A stretch of 63,481 bases of DNA, counting the filler, from Folioceros fuciformis (taxonomy: Eukaryota), in the NCBI GenBank assembly GCA_049999805.1. It is 5 parts of 5 records of this genome, joined end to end, with 100 filler letters (N's around TTAATTAATTAA, not from the genome) between each part and the next. Parts side by side here need not be neighbours in the genome. Positions count along the whole stretch, not along the records: positions 1 to 19,974 come from JBNGIO010005372.1; positions 20,075 to 40,810 come from JBNGIO010005374.1; 3 more parts are not named here. One strand, written 5' to 3'. Every line of letters starts with the position of its first letter. Positions within the stretch are counted from its first letter, which is position 1. The notes beneath the pieces were generated by a model. It did no database searches. It saw only the letters and a program-made list of their open reading frames with translations, and was not told the DNA's origin. A program made the position numbers and the translations under genes. Positions 13,160 to 25,329 of the stretch are shown piece by piece.

Positions 13160-14760
13160 ACTATGATGAACTCAAGTGTGGTCGAACCCCAGACAAGAGA
13201 TGATGCTTCACACACAACAAGTTAGTCTCGCTGCCCGAGATCTAAACACGGGTTATAGTTCAACCCTAGGGTTGCGAGGTGCGCTCTATGATGAACTCAA
13301 GTGTGGTTGAACCCCAAGCAAGAGATGATGCTTCACACAGAACAAGGTAGTCTCGCTGCCGAGATCTGAACCCGGGTTATAGTTCAACCCTAGGGTTACG
13401 GGGTCCAAACTCCATACTTAAACCATTATATTACAACGAGGTTGGTGTTCACCATTAATGTTGTCTATGTGTCTACTTAAGAGTTACCTAGGTTTTAACA
13501 TAAGTGAAACTTTTTTACTATTGCACAACATCATGATGCTTTACAAAAGCAAGTGAGTCACATTGCACAATATATGGTGCTTCACAAAAGCAAGTGAGTC
13601 TCTATTCCACAACACGATGATACTTCATAAAAGCAAGTGAGTCTTTATTACACCATATGATGATGCTTCACAAAAGCAAGTGAGTTTGATTGCCTAGATT
13701 CAAAAGAAGAACCATAATATGGTGATGCTTCACAAAGGCAAGTGAGTCTTGTTGCTTAGATTCAAAAGAAGAACCACAATATGGTGATGCTTCATACAAA
13801 CAAGTGAGTCTCCTAGCAAGATTCGAACCCGAGTCACAGTTAAAACCGATGGGTTGCAGGGTCCAAACTCTATACTTGACGCACCATACTACAACAAGGT
13901 TGTGGCTCACCATTGGTGTTTTCTAGATGTGTACTTATGTGTTATTTAGGTTTCAACACAAGTAAAACTTTTTAGCTATTGCTGAATACGATGATGGTTC
14001 ATAAAAGCAAGTGAGTCTTGCTGCCGGGATTCGGGTCGTCGTTGAACCCTAGGGTTGCAAGGTTAAAACTCCGTACTTGAACCACTATACTACAATAAGG
14101 TTGTTGTCTGTCATTAGTGTTTTCTAGTTGTGAACTTACATGTTATACAGGTTTTAACATAAGTAAAACCTTTTTACTATTGTACAATATAATGATGCCT
14201 CATAACAACAAGCGAGTCTTGTTGCCAGGATTCGAACCCGGGTTGTAGTTGAACCCCAGGGTTGTAGGGTCTAAACTCCATACTTGAACCACTATACTAC
14301 AACGAGGTTGTTGTTCATCATTGGTGTCTTGTAAATGTGTATTTATGTGTTATCTAGGTTTTAGCATAAGTAAAACCTTTTTACTATTGCACAATATGAT
14401 GATGCTTCATATAAACAAGTGAGCCTCGTCGTTGGGATTTGATCCTGGGTCATAGTTGAACCCGGGATTTGATCCTGGGTCATAGTTGAACCCTAAGGAA
14501 TGCTGGGTCCAAACTCCGTATTTGAACCACTATACTACAACGAGGTTGTTGTTCGTCATTAGTGTTTTCTAGATGTGTACTTCTGTGTTATTTGAGTTTC
14601 AACATAAAAAAAACTTTTTAATTATTGCACAATATGATGATGCTTCATAAAAGCAAGTGAGTCTCCCAACCCGGGTTGTAGTTGAACCCTAAGGTTGCGA
14701 GGTCCAAATTCGTACTTGAACCACTATACTACAACGAAGTTGATGTTCGTGGATGATGTT
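13160..14760 (-). repeat. Tandem array of ~207-bp units, each carrying a tRNA-like gene, with an internal 42-62 bp minisatellite derived from the unit
   Basis: tRNA-like parts start at 13809, 14016, 14217, 14424 and 14662. Spacings are 207, 201 (6-bp deletion), 207 and 238 (30-bp duplication). Further copies at 13351 and a partial one at 13226. The core TGATGCTTCAYAAAAGCAAGTGAGTC also repeats alone at 13533-13810. Confidence 0.9.
14217..14306 (-). ncRNA. tRNA-Asp-like Pol III-type element with extended central arm (well-preserved array copy)
   Basis: Minus strand reads CTCGTTG TA GTAT AGTGGTTCAA GTAT G GAGTT-TAGACCCTACAACCCTGGGGTTC-AACTA CAAC CCGGG TTCGAAT CCTGG CAACAAG A. It has an A box, B box, acceptor stem, D arm and T arm but no canonical 7-nt anticodon loop. 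Confidence 0.65.
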
Positions 14761-16529
14761 TTTTAGGCGTGTACAAGCACACATGTAAGTCTACGTAGGC
14801 AAAAAGGTTCATCGGGCACAAACTTTAGAACCTCGTCGAGATGAACATCATCATGCAAATGCCCAGGGAGTTGTCAAAACAGACGTGGCGCCAGAAAGAC
14901 AGGTCTCATAAAGGACCAGAAGATGGGGAGCCTACGCCTCCAACCACAATCAAGATTCCTGCAAGGGAGCAAGGGGAGAAGTTGAAGGAGTAGCAACAAT
15001 GGAAGAAGCACCCATGACCAGTAGCTCCCAAAGAGTCCGATTTAAGTTATTGTTTGCTTTAACCAAGTGACACCTGACCCCATCAGCCCTTTGAACAAAC
15101 TATTGTATACGGGACACATGGTATCCTTGGTTGGCCTAGAAGAATGAGGTGCCATAAGTGAACAAAATAGAATGCCGTAAAGAGACCAACAATAAACACT
15201 TTGCCAGCTCCAACCTGCTGGCATAATTTGGCTTCCAGCCCTGAATACTGAAACGCAGAAATACCGTGGAACTAAAGCTCTCCGAAAATCTTCAAGTCAA
15301 TCAGAAATTTCGAATCCCAGATGAAATCATAACATGAAGAAAATAACAAAGAGACGAAAGATCTTCCAAACCCAAGTCGAAGAATAAGTGGATCCCTTCA
15401 CTACCAATATAAGGAGTGTATCTATAGGTGGTCAAGGGATGTCCCAAGAGATCCACATAGTAGGAGGTACGGTGGAAGCTTGGGGATCCAAGAGAAGACG
15501 GATCCCAATAATGGAGGGGAGCCAGTAACTCAGCCTCTCTTTTGGAGCAGTCCTAGAGGACTCAATGATGTCATCGAGGACTCAATGATGTCATGGTTTA
15601 GAGGACTCAAGATGTCAAGTTCTGTACGATGTTGGCCATGGGTCTACTTAGGTCTCTTTATGAACTTAGAGAAGGAATGGGCTTAAGCACTTTGGAAATT
15701 GCTTAGTGAACAAAGTAACTTTTATAGTTGATGGTCATCCAGATGTAGGCCTTTGGGATGTATTTCTCTTATTCTAAGCTTAGAAGCTCAGAGCTTTGAG
15801 TAGGACTACCCTAATGGATTACAATGGCCAAAGTACACATGGAAAGTGGGTGCCAATCAGTGGGCACCCACTTTCTTTGATGATGGTCATTACTCTTGAA
15901 AAACAAAGCATTCCATCTTCGGCCTAATTACACAAGAATTATGTCAAAGACATATTACAAAAGAGAAACACATGGAAGTCTATGCGTATTTTTGTGAAAA
16001 GGGTCTACTAGTAGAGGTTAAGGGATAGTATTCCTTAACCTCTTTGCATGGTGTTATATCTACTTATATAGCATGATGAATAACACAAATGAAACTTTTG
16101 TATTTTTGTAAAGTATGATGATATTTCATATTTTATTAATTTTTACTATTGTATAGGATAATGCAATGACATGAAACAAAGCGAAGAAAGTGGTTTGTGT
16201 TATTCTATTTCCTTGTTATCGAAAGGAACTTATTTATTTTAGTAGAAAAAGATGGAAAAAAAATCCACCCCTAGAGAGAGATAAACCATGAAAGGAACAC
16301 TAGGGGCCCCAACCTTGAAGCCTAATGAACGCTTGTTATCTAGTTATGTAGCATCATTTGTAACAAAAATAAAACTTTTGTATTATAGTAAAGTATAGGG
16401 TGTAGTATCATATATATCATATAAAGTATCANNNNNNNNNNAGTATATACTATTGCATAATATGATGATACTTCACAAAACAAAGTGATTCTTGTAATAA
16501 ATTAATAAACTGAAGAAATGTGGTTGAAA

Positions 16530-16619
16530 TCTTGTTGCCGGGATTCGAACCCGGGTTGTAGTTGAACCCCGTGTAGTGGCGATTCGAACTCTGTACTTAA
16601 ACCACTATACTACAACAAG
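16530..16619 (-). ncRNA. Dispersed copy of the tRNA-Asp-like element
   Basis: Perfect CTTGTTG/CAACAAG acceptor stem and perfect CCGGG-TTCGAAT-CCCGG T arm. The central hairpin is kept with a different sequence (GAGTTCGAATCGCCACTACACGGGGTTCAACT). Confidence 0.65.
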
Positions 16620-17734
16620 ATTGGTGTTTCCTTGGTAACTAGTTGTGAAATATCATTATTATTAATGATACATTTGTGCTAAATAATATGTTGCACAAAA
16701 CAAAGCAATTCGAATCCAACAAGAAGTTGAACATCATGTAGTGGTTGTCCAAACTTTGTTTAGTACAACTAAAGTGAGATTAGTTTGTGTTTCTTATGTT
16801 TGCTACAACCACCACGAGATTAGTTTGTATTTCCTAAGTATCTATGATATCTTAGGTGTTACTGTTGTTTTAGGCTCATTAGCTTCCCACGCTAGCCCCT
16901 ATGGCCTGGTGGACTGTGGTGCATGACTCAACTCTTTCGAGGTAGCTAATGACATGGTTGACATTGGTAGATTCTCACCTCTTTCGAGGTAGTTGATGGC
17001 GTGGTGGACTTTGGTGAATGTCTCACCTTCTTCGGGGAAGATGAAATCGTAGATATTGTTGGTAGCGTTTAAGGTTAATATCTTAGCCTCTTGGTAGGTG
17101 TGCATAGCTAAAGTTGGTGGGGCCTAGTGTGAGAGGAGGGTAGCCCACCACCTACAGGTAGGAGAGGGTTCATGTGTTTATCTCTCGTATGAGGAGGGGC
17201 TACACAAAGAAATGAACCACCACATTCAACTCTCTTCTCATGACAAGTCCTCACGCTCTGCAAAGCGTAAGAATCTCGTTGCCAACTATGCGCCATCATA
17301 GCACCTGGTTGTGGCTAGAGTTGAAGTGGTTGAAGTGCTTGGCAGATGGCTCATACTCTTTCATGGGCACCCTTGCAAGTTACTTCCCTTGTGAATGGTT
17401 GTTGTGTTGCTGTGGGTGTGTGGCGATACATGTGTGACTATTGGCTTGAGAGTAGGCTCTAGGGAAAGACTCCCTGGAAGTTCTCGCTAACATGCCCAAG
17501 CACGCAACAACCGGCCCACGGAAAAACTTGTTGGTTGTTGGACGTAGGGAGACAAAAAACTAGATTGTTGGGTTGAGGAAGGTGTCGTTGGGAGCCTGAG
17601 GAAAGGGTATTAAGTGTAAGGAGGTAAAAATCGATAGGGGGAGTGTTGGGGTCATTCTAAATGAGGGTATGGTGTCCTCCCATTGTCTAAACGTGTTGTA
17701 GGATTGGTAGGTACGTGAATGGGAGTGTTGATTG

Positions 17735-17912
17735 TTGTAGGGAACAATAGACATAGCTGAAGAGGCTCGGAGGAGAGTGAGTGTTGATTATTGTAGGGAA
17801 CGATAGACCTAGCCGGAGAGGCTCAGAGGGGAGTGATTCTTGGGAAGACTACAAGGGAACGATAGACGTAGCCGGAGAGGCTCGGAGGGGAGTGATTCTT
17901 GGGAAGACTATA
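17735..17912. repeat. ~55-60 bp tandem repeat x3 inside a degenerate TE-like segment
   Basis: AGGGAACRATAGACNTAGCYGRAGAGGCTCRGAGG..GAGTGA occurs three times. Confidence 0.75.
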
Positions 17913-18009
17913 ATGACCGTGAAATTGATGTAGCCACAATACATGCACCATACCTACCTGTCCACAAAACCCCATAATCATACCATCCTAGCAAAGGCAC
18001 ATATAACTA

Positions 18010-18490
18010 AACTCACTTGCTTTAGAAGCATCATCATAGAATCCCCATCATCGTACCATCCCTCCAATGGCAATGAGACTTACCTTCTTTAATTTATGAA
18101 GCATCATCATAGAATCCCCATCATTTTATAATCCCGGCAAAGAGACTCGCTTTTGTGAAGCGTAATCATAGAATGCTCATCATCATACAATCCCGTGCAA
18201 CAGGCTCATAAAATCTGGCAACGACAATGAGACTCATGTGGTTTACAAAGCATGATCACATTGTGGTTCTTTGGAATCATGCAGACTTTTATGAAACAAC
18301 GTCATATTGTGGTTCTGTCGAATCCAAGCAAGGAGACACTTGCTTTTGTGATGCATTCAGTTTTATGCTTTTGTGATGCATTCAATATTATGCAACAGAG
18401 TCTCACTAGCTTTTGTGAAGCATCATCATATTGTGCAAGGGTAAAAAGGTTTTACTTATGCTCAAACCTAGATAACACGTAAACTTACAT
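18010..18490 (+). repeat. Inverted copies of the array-derived minisatellite and spacer
   Basis: Repeated ACTCACTTGCTTTTGTGAAGCATCATCATA-like units, plus AAAAAGGTTTTACTTATG...AACCTAGATAACAC. Both are the reverse complement of the 13.5-14.7 kb unit. Confidence 0.8.
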
Positions 18491-19700
18491 GTGTGTTGTG
18501 GATTCAAAACCCCGGGCACTGATTGCCGACGGGTTCCACCTTTAGTGGCCACACTTATCCCACTGTCGTTGAGACATTGGGTTCCGTTCCCACGAAGGAG
18601 CAATGGGGTTCCTTGCTGCTGTGGATGGAGGGTCGGACTCAATCGACTCGATGATGGATTCGAGGGCTCCCCTCCAACTCCGATCAGGTGTAGGATAGGC
18701 CTTGCTGTCCAGCAATCAGCTGCACCTCTCTTGGTGCCCACAAACTCACTCCAACCACTACAACGACCCTGACCTCTTAGGTGTGCGACTTCCCTCACTC
18801 ACTCACTCTCTCGTTCCAACATTAACACCAGCAACCAACAAGGACACCACTACCTTCTACACTTCCCTACTAACTCCTCCTACCTGGCAAGAGTCACTGG
18901 ACTAACCCCAAAGAAAAGAGAGAAGGGAACACTCTCCCCTCTCGGATATCTCCTCCCCACAACCTTACCAGACGCCATGAAACATGGCTGGCCTACAGCA
19001 CTTGTCCAAACAGGGAGCAAGAGTGGACAAGTCAAGAGAACGACACATCCTTTACAATCAAGAGCTAAGGGCAAGCCCCTTCACCCTAGTCATTACACCT
19101 TGTGATCCTACTAGACACTGTACAACCGGCAACACGCGGCTTGCGATCCTACCAGACGTTGCACAGCCGGCAACACACTGCAGGTCCTAACCCAAGCAGG
19201 GATAGACCACAAGAGCTCATGTAGAGAGTACCTCAAAGAGCTCACGAAGTGATAGACTGAATCCCAAAGTGAATGACTACCTCCTCCTACAGGCTCACCT
19301 GATCTTATAGGAGCCTCTCTCTCTCTGACTTCACCTCTCTCTAACTTGACAAATATTATTTTAATAGTGATGAAATAAGTCTAGATTTAGGGCACTATTC
19401 ATTAGGGCCTCTTAACTTTAATTATCTACCTAGGGTTATTTAGGTAGTTATTAGCTATAGTGGTTATATTAGTTATAACCACTTACGGTTACAACTACTT
19501 ATGGTTACAACCACTTATAGTTGTAACCGCCCAACTACCTAGCCTATATAAAGGCTTGTACTTTACTTCTTATATACATTCAATTACATTCTAAGATTTG
19601 CATCTAAGAGCAAGGCTAGATTTTCATCAAATAGGCCCACTAGCCTAACCGGCTGTCACCAACCACTTATTTAGACTTCTAGCACATCCTGCCACCAATG
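18490..19700. mobile_element. Probable LTR sequence
   Basis: Begins TGTGTG. Its first ~140 bp recur inverted at 31561-31697, where they end in ...CCACACA. Non-coding, with CTATATAAAG near 19545. The right boundary is uncertain. Confidence 0.45.
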
Positions 19701-19974
19701 AGCTGGCCCTACCACCACAAGGATCTACCACTTCTTAGACTATCCTGAGACTTCGGAGGATGTTTGATCTGCAAAGATCTGTGAACGCCGCCTCTTCCTT
19801 GCTAGATGGCCACCCGCTAAATCTTCCCCTTCAACTGTTCACCCAAGATGGCTGAGCCAGCCTCCAGGGGAAGAGTATTAGTAGTGGGAAAGATAGAGAG
19901 AAGGTCAAAAGCAATGGGATCAACAGTCGGAACCTGGCCTGAAAACGGTAGCTTATTCAGTGGAATCAGCTTCC

Positions 19975-20074
19975 NNNNNNNNNNNNNNNNNNNNNNNNNN
20001 NNNNNNNNNNNNNNNNNNTTAATTAATTAANNNNNNNNNNNNNNNNNNNNNNNNNNNNNNNNNNNNNNNNNNNN
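19975..20074. other. Artificial scaffold linker N44-TTAATTAATTAA-N44 (also at 40811-40910, 53848-53947, 59833-59932)
   Basis: An identical 12-mer with stop codons in all six frames sits in the middle of four 100-nt N blocks. Confidence 0.97.
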
Positions 20075-20075
20075 T

Positions 20076-22370
20076 CAAATGGCACACCATATGGCTTTAG
20101 CCGTGATGGATCCTCCAGACAGGCCAATGTCTTTCAAAGAAGCCCTGCAGTCCCCACAAAGATCAGAATGGCAAAAGGCAATTGACAGCGAGTATAAATC
20201 ACTAATTGATAACCAGACATGGAAGCTCGTCAAATTACCTGCAGGACGCAAACCCATCACCTCGAAATGGGTTTTCAAGCTTAAGCTAAACCCAGATGGA
20301 TCAGTGGCTAGGTACAAAGCACGCTTAGTAGCCAGAGGCTATACCCAAGTCTAGGGACTAGACTACAATGAGACTTTCAGCCCTGTAGTGAAACCAACTT
20401 CTATGCGGATTCTCCTGTGTTATGCAATTTAGAATCACCTTATCGTCCATCAAATGGACGTCAAAACGGCTTTTCTAAATGGGCCATTGGACGGACTTAT
20501 TTACATGGAGCAACCCAAGGGCTACATTGAAGATCCTACCTTGGTCTGCGAACTGCTGAAGTCGCTTTATGGGCTGAAGCAGTCTTCCCGTATCTGGAAC
20601 GGGAGAGCCGACAAAAAGCTTCGCTCACTTGGTTTCGTTCCACTTTCGGCAGACTGCAGCGTCTATATTCTGCAAACCACCAACGCCCTCTGCATCATTG
20701 CACTCTATGTAGATGATAACTTTATTTTTGCAAGCAACGAAAGCATACTCACCAGAGTTAAAAAGCAGCTCTCGGATGAATGGGATATGACTGATGTCGG
20801 TCCCCTTCAGTTCGCCCTTGGTATCCAGTTCTCTTTCAATCATATTGACAGTTTAGTCACCCTACACCAAGAGCACTTCATCAGGAAGATCCTCACCAAG
20901 TTCAACTTACAAGACATCAACCATGTCTCTACTCCAGTTGCAGCAAGAGAGAAGCTGTCTGTACAAGACTATCCTACATCAGATGAAGACAAGGCTGAGA
21001 TGGCCCACATACCTTATCGCGAAGTTGTGGGTAGCCTCCTGTACTTGGCATGTTGGACCAGACCAGACATTTCTCAAGCAATAGGGGTCGTATCCCGTTA
21101 CCTGTCAAACCCCGGCAGCANNNNNNNNNNNNNNNNNNNNNNNNNNNNNNNNNNNNNNNNNNNNNNNNNNNNNNNNNNNNNNNNNNNNNNNNNNNNNNNN
21201 NNNNNNNNNNNNNNNNNNNNGTACAGTCCTCTGTCATTAGCTGCCAGGGAAATATGCTGGATTTGTCAGTTTCTCTTAGAGATCGGAGTTCAGCAAAGCT
21301 CGCCTACAACCTTGCAGTGCGATAACCAATCTGCCATCGCACTATCTGCAAACCCTATCCTACACGCCCGTTCCAAACATATTGAAATCCAGTTCCATTA
21401 CATCAGACAGGCAGTGGAGCGGAAGATCATAGAGCTTGTCTATTTTCCTACAGCTGAGAATTTGGCAGATATGCTCACAAAAGGATTGTCAAAGCTACTA
21501 CATGAGCAACATCGACTGTCACTGGGGTTAGAAGAACACAAAACTTATTTCAGCTCTACCCCCGATGCCATTAATCAAGTGGCACCTTCTTAAGCTCCGC
21601 GAGCATGTGCGCGCATGGCGGTTAGGGCACCCAACAAACTTGTTGTGCCGCCACGGCGAACGCCATCAGCACTCGATCTGTACCTTTGGAGTACCTAAAA
21701 GCGATCACGGGACAGACGTCAGCGGCCACAGTTGTGGCTTGGATGAAGCTCACACTTCCCCACACAATCAGACACAGCTGATGGCGTCGCTTACCCGTAT
21801 GGATGCTCAGCTCAGTTTTCCTTTTCTGGCCATTTGGTGTTCCCTTCCATACTCGCACGGCAGCGTGAACACACCGCGCAACAGGGCATTGTGCTCTTCC
21901 TCAGGTAGCTGTGTATCTTGTTCCTGCTCGGCGTGTTGCGTGCTGTAGCAAGGCAGTATCAGCAGCAGCTCCCTAGCGGCGGAGGAATCCGGTGGGAGCC
22001 ATCTCGGGCGGAGGCGCAATCTCTTGGTAGGGCGGCGCGCGTTAGGGTAAGAATGAGGCACGGGGCGGTGCTGTTGAGACGAGTGTCATGGCTCATCCTG
22101 ACACCGCTCCACCCGGCCTTAACCGTTGATTCGCGTATTTGGCCTGAGAGGGGGTATTAAAATACTAGGGTATAACAGCCCTAATACGGAATAACGTTTG
22201 GTATTTAATTGGAGCGTTACATAGTGTAGCGTTTCGCTAAATAGCGTTTCGTGTTTTAAGTTAGGGTTGAGACGGTTACGAACAGAGCCCTTTTGTATCG
22301 CTGTTTCAATGCAAGAATACACTTCTTTGTGCTTTCATGTGTATGCGTGAGGTGGTCTGATGTTTTGGGT
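20076..22370 (+). mobile_element. Ty1/copia fragment (family A, copy 1): RT-RNase H, PPT, partial 3' LTR
   Basis: KWVFKLK..ARYKARLVARGYTQ, HQMDVKTAFLNG, LYVDD, CDNQSAIAL, RSKHIEIQFHYIR, ADMLTKGL. In-frame TAG stops. PPT GAGAGGGGG at 22146-22154. Confidence 0.92.
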
Positions 22371-22377
22371 ACATATT

Positions 22378-24040
22378 CTTTAAGCTAAACGCACAAGGAG
22401 AGATTGCTAGGTACAAGAGTCGTCTTGTAGCCCGAGGTTTTTCTCAAGTGGTTGGAGTGGACTTCCATGAAACTTTCAGCCCTGTTGTGAAAACGCAATC
22501 GATCCGCATGATGCTGGCCCTGGCTGCAGCAAGGGACTGGGACTTGGAACAAATGAATGTTTCAACGGCTTTCCTCTACGGGGATCTCGAGGAAGACATG
22601 TACATGGAACAGCCTAAAGGCTTTGTGGACCCTGAGCATCCTACTTGGGTCTGCAAGCTTAAGAAGACGTTGTACGGCCTCAAACAGAGTGCACAAGAAT
22701 GGTACAAGTGAATTGACAAATACTTGAAATCTATTGGGTTCATCCAAAACCCTGTAGATGCAAACGTCTACATCTACAACAAAGGAGGATACATGGTTAT
22801 CTTGGCTCTTTATGTCGATGACGCGATCTTGGCATCAAACAATTAGGAGCTATTAGACTGGGTAAAAGGGATGCTCCACAAGCGCTATGACATGAAGGAT
22901 ATCGGTCCTCTTACCTTTGTTTTAGGTGTGCAGCTCATTCGTGACAGGACTAATCATACTCTCATCCTGCACCAGACCAAGTACATTGGTGAGACTCTCC
23001 AAAGATTTAATCTACAGGATGCGAAGTCAGTAAGCACTCCTGGCAGCGTTGGTTTGAAACTTACCTCTACGCAGAGCCCTCAAGATGAGGTTGATCATGA
23101 GCTTATGAGCATGGTGCCCTATAGGCACGCTGTTGGGTGCCTCAACTACGTTAGTTGCTAGACACGGTCGGACATTTAGCACTCAATCAGTGCTGTTTCG
23201 CAATTCCTTGAAGATCCTAGTCAGACTCACTGGGTTGCAGTCAAGAGAATTTTGCGTTACCTTAAGAGTACTTCCACACTTGGACTCTGCTTCCGAGGCA
23301 CAAATGAGACTGTTAGCTTGCAGGGTTATTGTGATGCGGACTGGGCGACAGATTCAGATCAAAGATGCAGCATCTCTGCTTATTGCTTCCTCCTGTCTGG
23401 AGCAGCTATCAACTGGAGCTCAAAGAAACAGGTCTTAGTAGCACTCTTCTCAATGGAAGCGGAATATAAAGCACTAACAGATTCAGCAAAAGAGGCCGAG
23501 TGGGAACGTTTTTTCCTTGCTGGCTTAAACTTTCCATAGAAGATCCCTACCACCATCTATTGTGACAACATGTCCACTATTGCCCTGGTTGGGAATCCCT
23601 TCCATGCATGCACGAAGCACATAGAAATCCACCATCACTTTGTGAGGCACTCAGTGCAGTGGAAGGTGGTTAGCATTGAGCATATCCCTACAGAGCTGAA
23701 TACGGCAGACGTCCTCACAAAAAGTCTGCCTACGCTCAAGCACAATTTTCATACAGAAGCCTTGGGCTTGGTAGCCTACAACTCCTACCTGCTCAGCTCT
23801 TCTCTACAGTGTTAGCGTGGAGTGATATTTGGACTGTCTGACCGGATGAAGCTCGACTGCTCTATCTAATTAGCCGGAATTACTTGTCCTCTAGCAAGGG
23901 CAGCTTTGCAGCTGCAACCAAGTGTGCCAGCCATTTTCGCACCTTCGTGTCCCTGTTTTTAGTTGCGTTTAACGCCTATCTCCTAACCAATGTCGTGGTT
24001 AAGGGGGTGTGTTAAGATAGTCCCCGTAGGATTATGTTTA
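22378..24040 (+). mobile_element. Ty1/copia fragment (family B): RT-RNase H, PPT, LTR start
   Basis: RYKSRLVARGFSQ, QMNVSTAFLYG, LYVDD, YCDADWA, TKHIEIHHHFVR. PPT AAGGGGG at 24001 followed by TGTTAAG. Several stops. Confidence 0.92.
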
Positions 24041-25329
24041 TATAACGAGGGATCATGGTTAGTGTGGAGTGATTTCTTGCACCCAAGGACCACCAAAGGG
24101 CCACACATCCCCTTATTATTGTTGCAGTACTATGATTCGCTCCCAAGGGAGTGAACTAGTGTCAAGGTTTTCTACAATCTTCCCACACTGCCCTAATCTA
24201 ACCCTATTTATCAGCCGGCTCCTAGCCCTAGCCTCACTACAGCAAAAAAGATCAGAATCCTTAGCCCTGTCTTCAACGCCAACCACAACTCCAGCTGAAT
24301 GAGAACTCCAACATCATCTTTAGCTCCCCCTTATAGCTCCAAGTATCAGCCACCTCAGCAATTGAGAGGAGGTCCCAGCCCTAGCCTTGGCCTCCACTCT
24401 CAGCCCTAAATGCTAGCCACCTCAGCAGCTGATTGAGAACTTTAGCACCTAAGCTCCTCACCTCAGCACACCAACTCCACACTCCAGCACTTCAAATCTC
24501 TACTCAAGCACTTCAGCTTTTCAACCCTTCATCCCTTCACCCTCACGGTTCACTCCTAGATTTTGGAACACAACAGCCCCTCACTTGCAGCCCTTGAGGC
24601 AGGGATGTGCAAACCCAGGCTGCCTCCTTGGCTCACAGCCCTGCAATCTGTCGCCTAAACCCCTTAGGGATGTCAAGGTACCCCAACCACCCAACAAGCA
24701 TGCAAGAAAGGTCAGCCCTTGCAGATCTGGCCACCCAGATCTCAGCAATTTTGGGAGCCGCCACGTTCCCCTAGTGGCATGGGGAATCAAGGCCGAGGTG
24801 CATCTACACAGTGGATTAACCCTCTAACCCAGCAGCCTGAACATAAGGTCAAGGGAGCTCTCACCAAAAAAACCTCCCCCCTCAATAACAAGCCTGGCCA
24901 CTTATACTCCCTTGGCCCAAAACCCCTGTCACTGCCTAACCAGGTCAGCACACCTTAGACAGAACCCTCCACTCGTCAAAACCCTAAACCTAAGTTTGAC
25001 CTAATCCTAACCCTAACTCTTATCTATCTCTAATCTAACCGAATCTTCTAACCTTTCCTCTACAACAATCACTCACATATCCCAAAAAAAAGGGAACCCA
25101 TCATTTCCTAGGGGTCTGTTCATCATGTGGACTCCACAGTTAGCTTTAGTTTAGGGTTAGTATCGAAAGGACACTTAGGCTTGTATATAAGACATACTTT
25201 CTCATGTGTGTATTACTTCCTTTTTTGCTTGTGCTCGTATATTTTGTTTGCTATGCCTAGCAACTTGCTCTCTTCACAGAACCACCTTATAAGGCAATTG
25301 ATTTTAGACAAGTTTCTCAGGCTCATGTT

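Noticed and set aside
13533-13810. CRISPR-like look: a 26-bp conserved repeat with variable intervening sequence
   Set aside because: The spacers are homologous to one another and to the larger tandem unit. There are no cas genes and the context is eukaryotic.
13351-14738. Canonical or intron-containing decoding tRNAs; telomerase-template reading of AACCCTA in the hairpin
   Set aside because: No register gives U33 plus a purine at 37 with a consistent anticodon across copies. AACCCTA is only one repeat length and is part of the palindrome AACCCTAGGGTT.
20019-20030. Recurrent TTAATTAATTAA motif (four times)
   Set aside because: It is always centred in N blocks, so it is a synthetic scaffolding linker. 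Adjacency across these joins is unproven.
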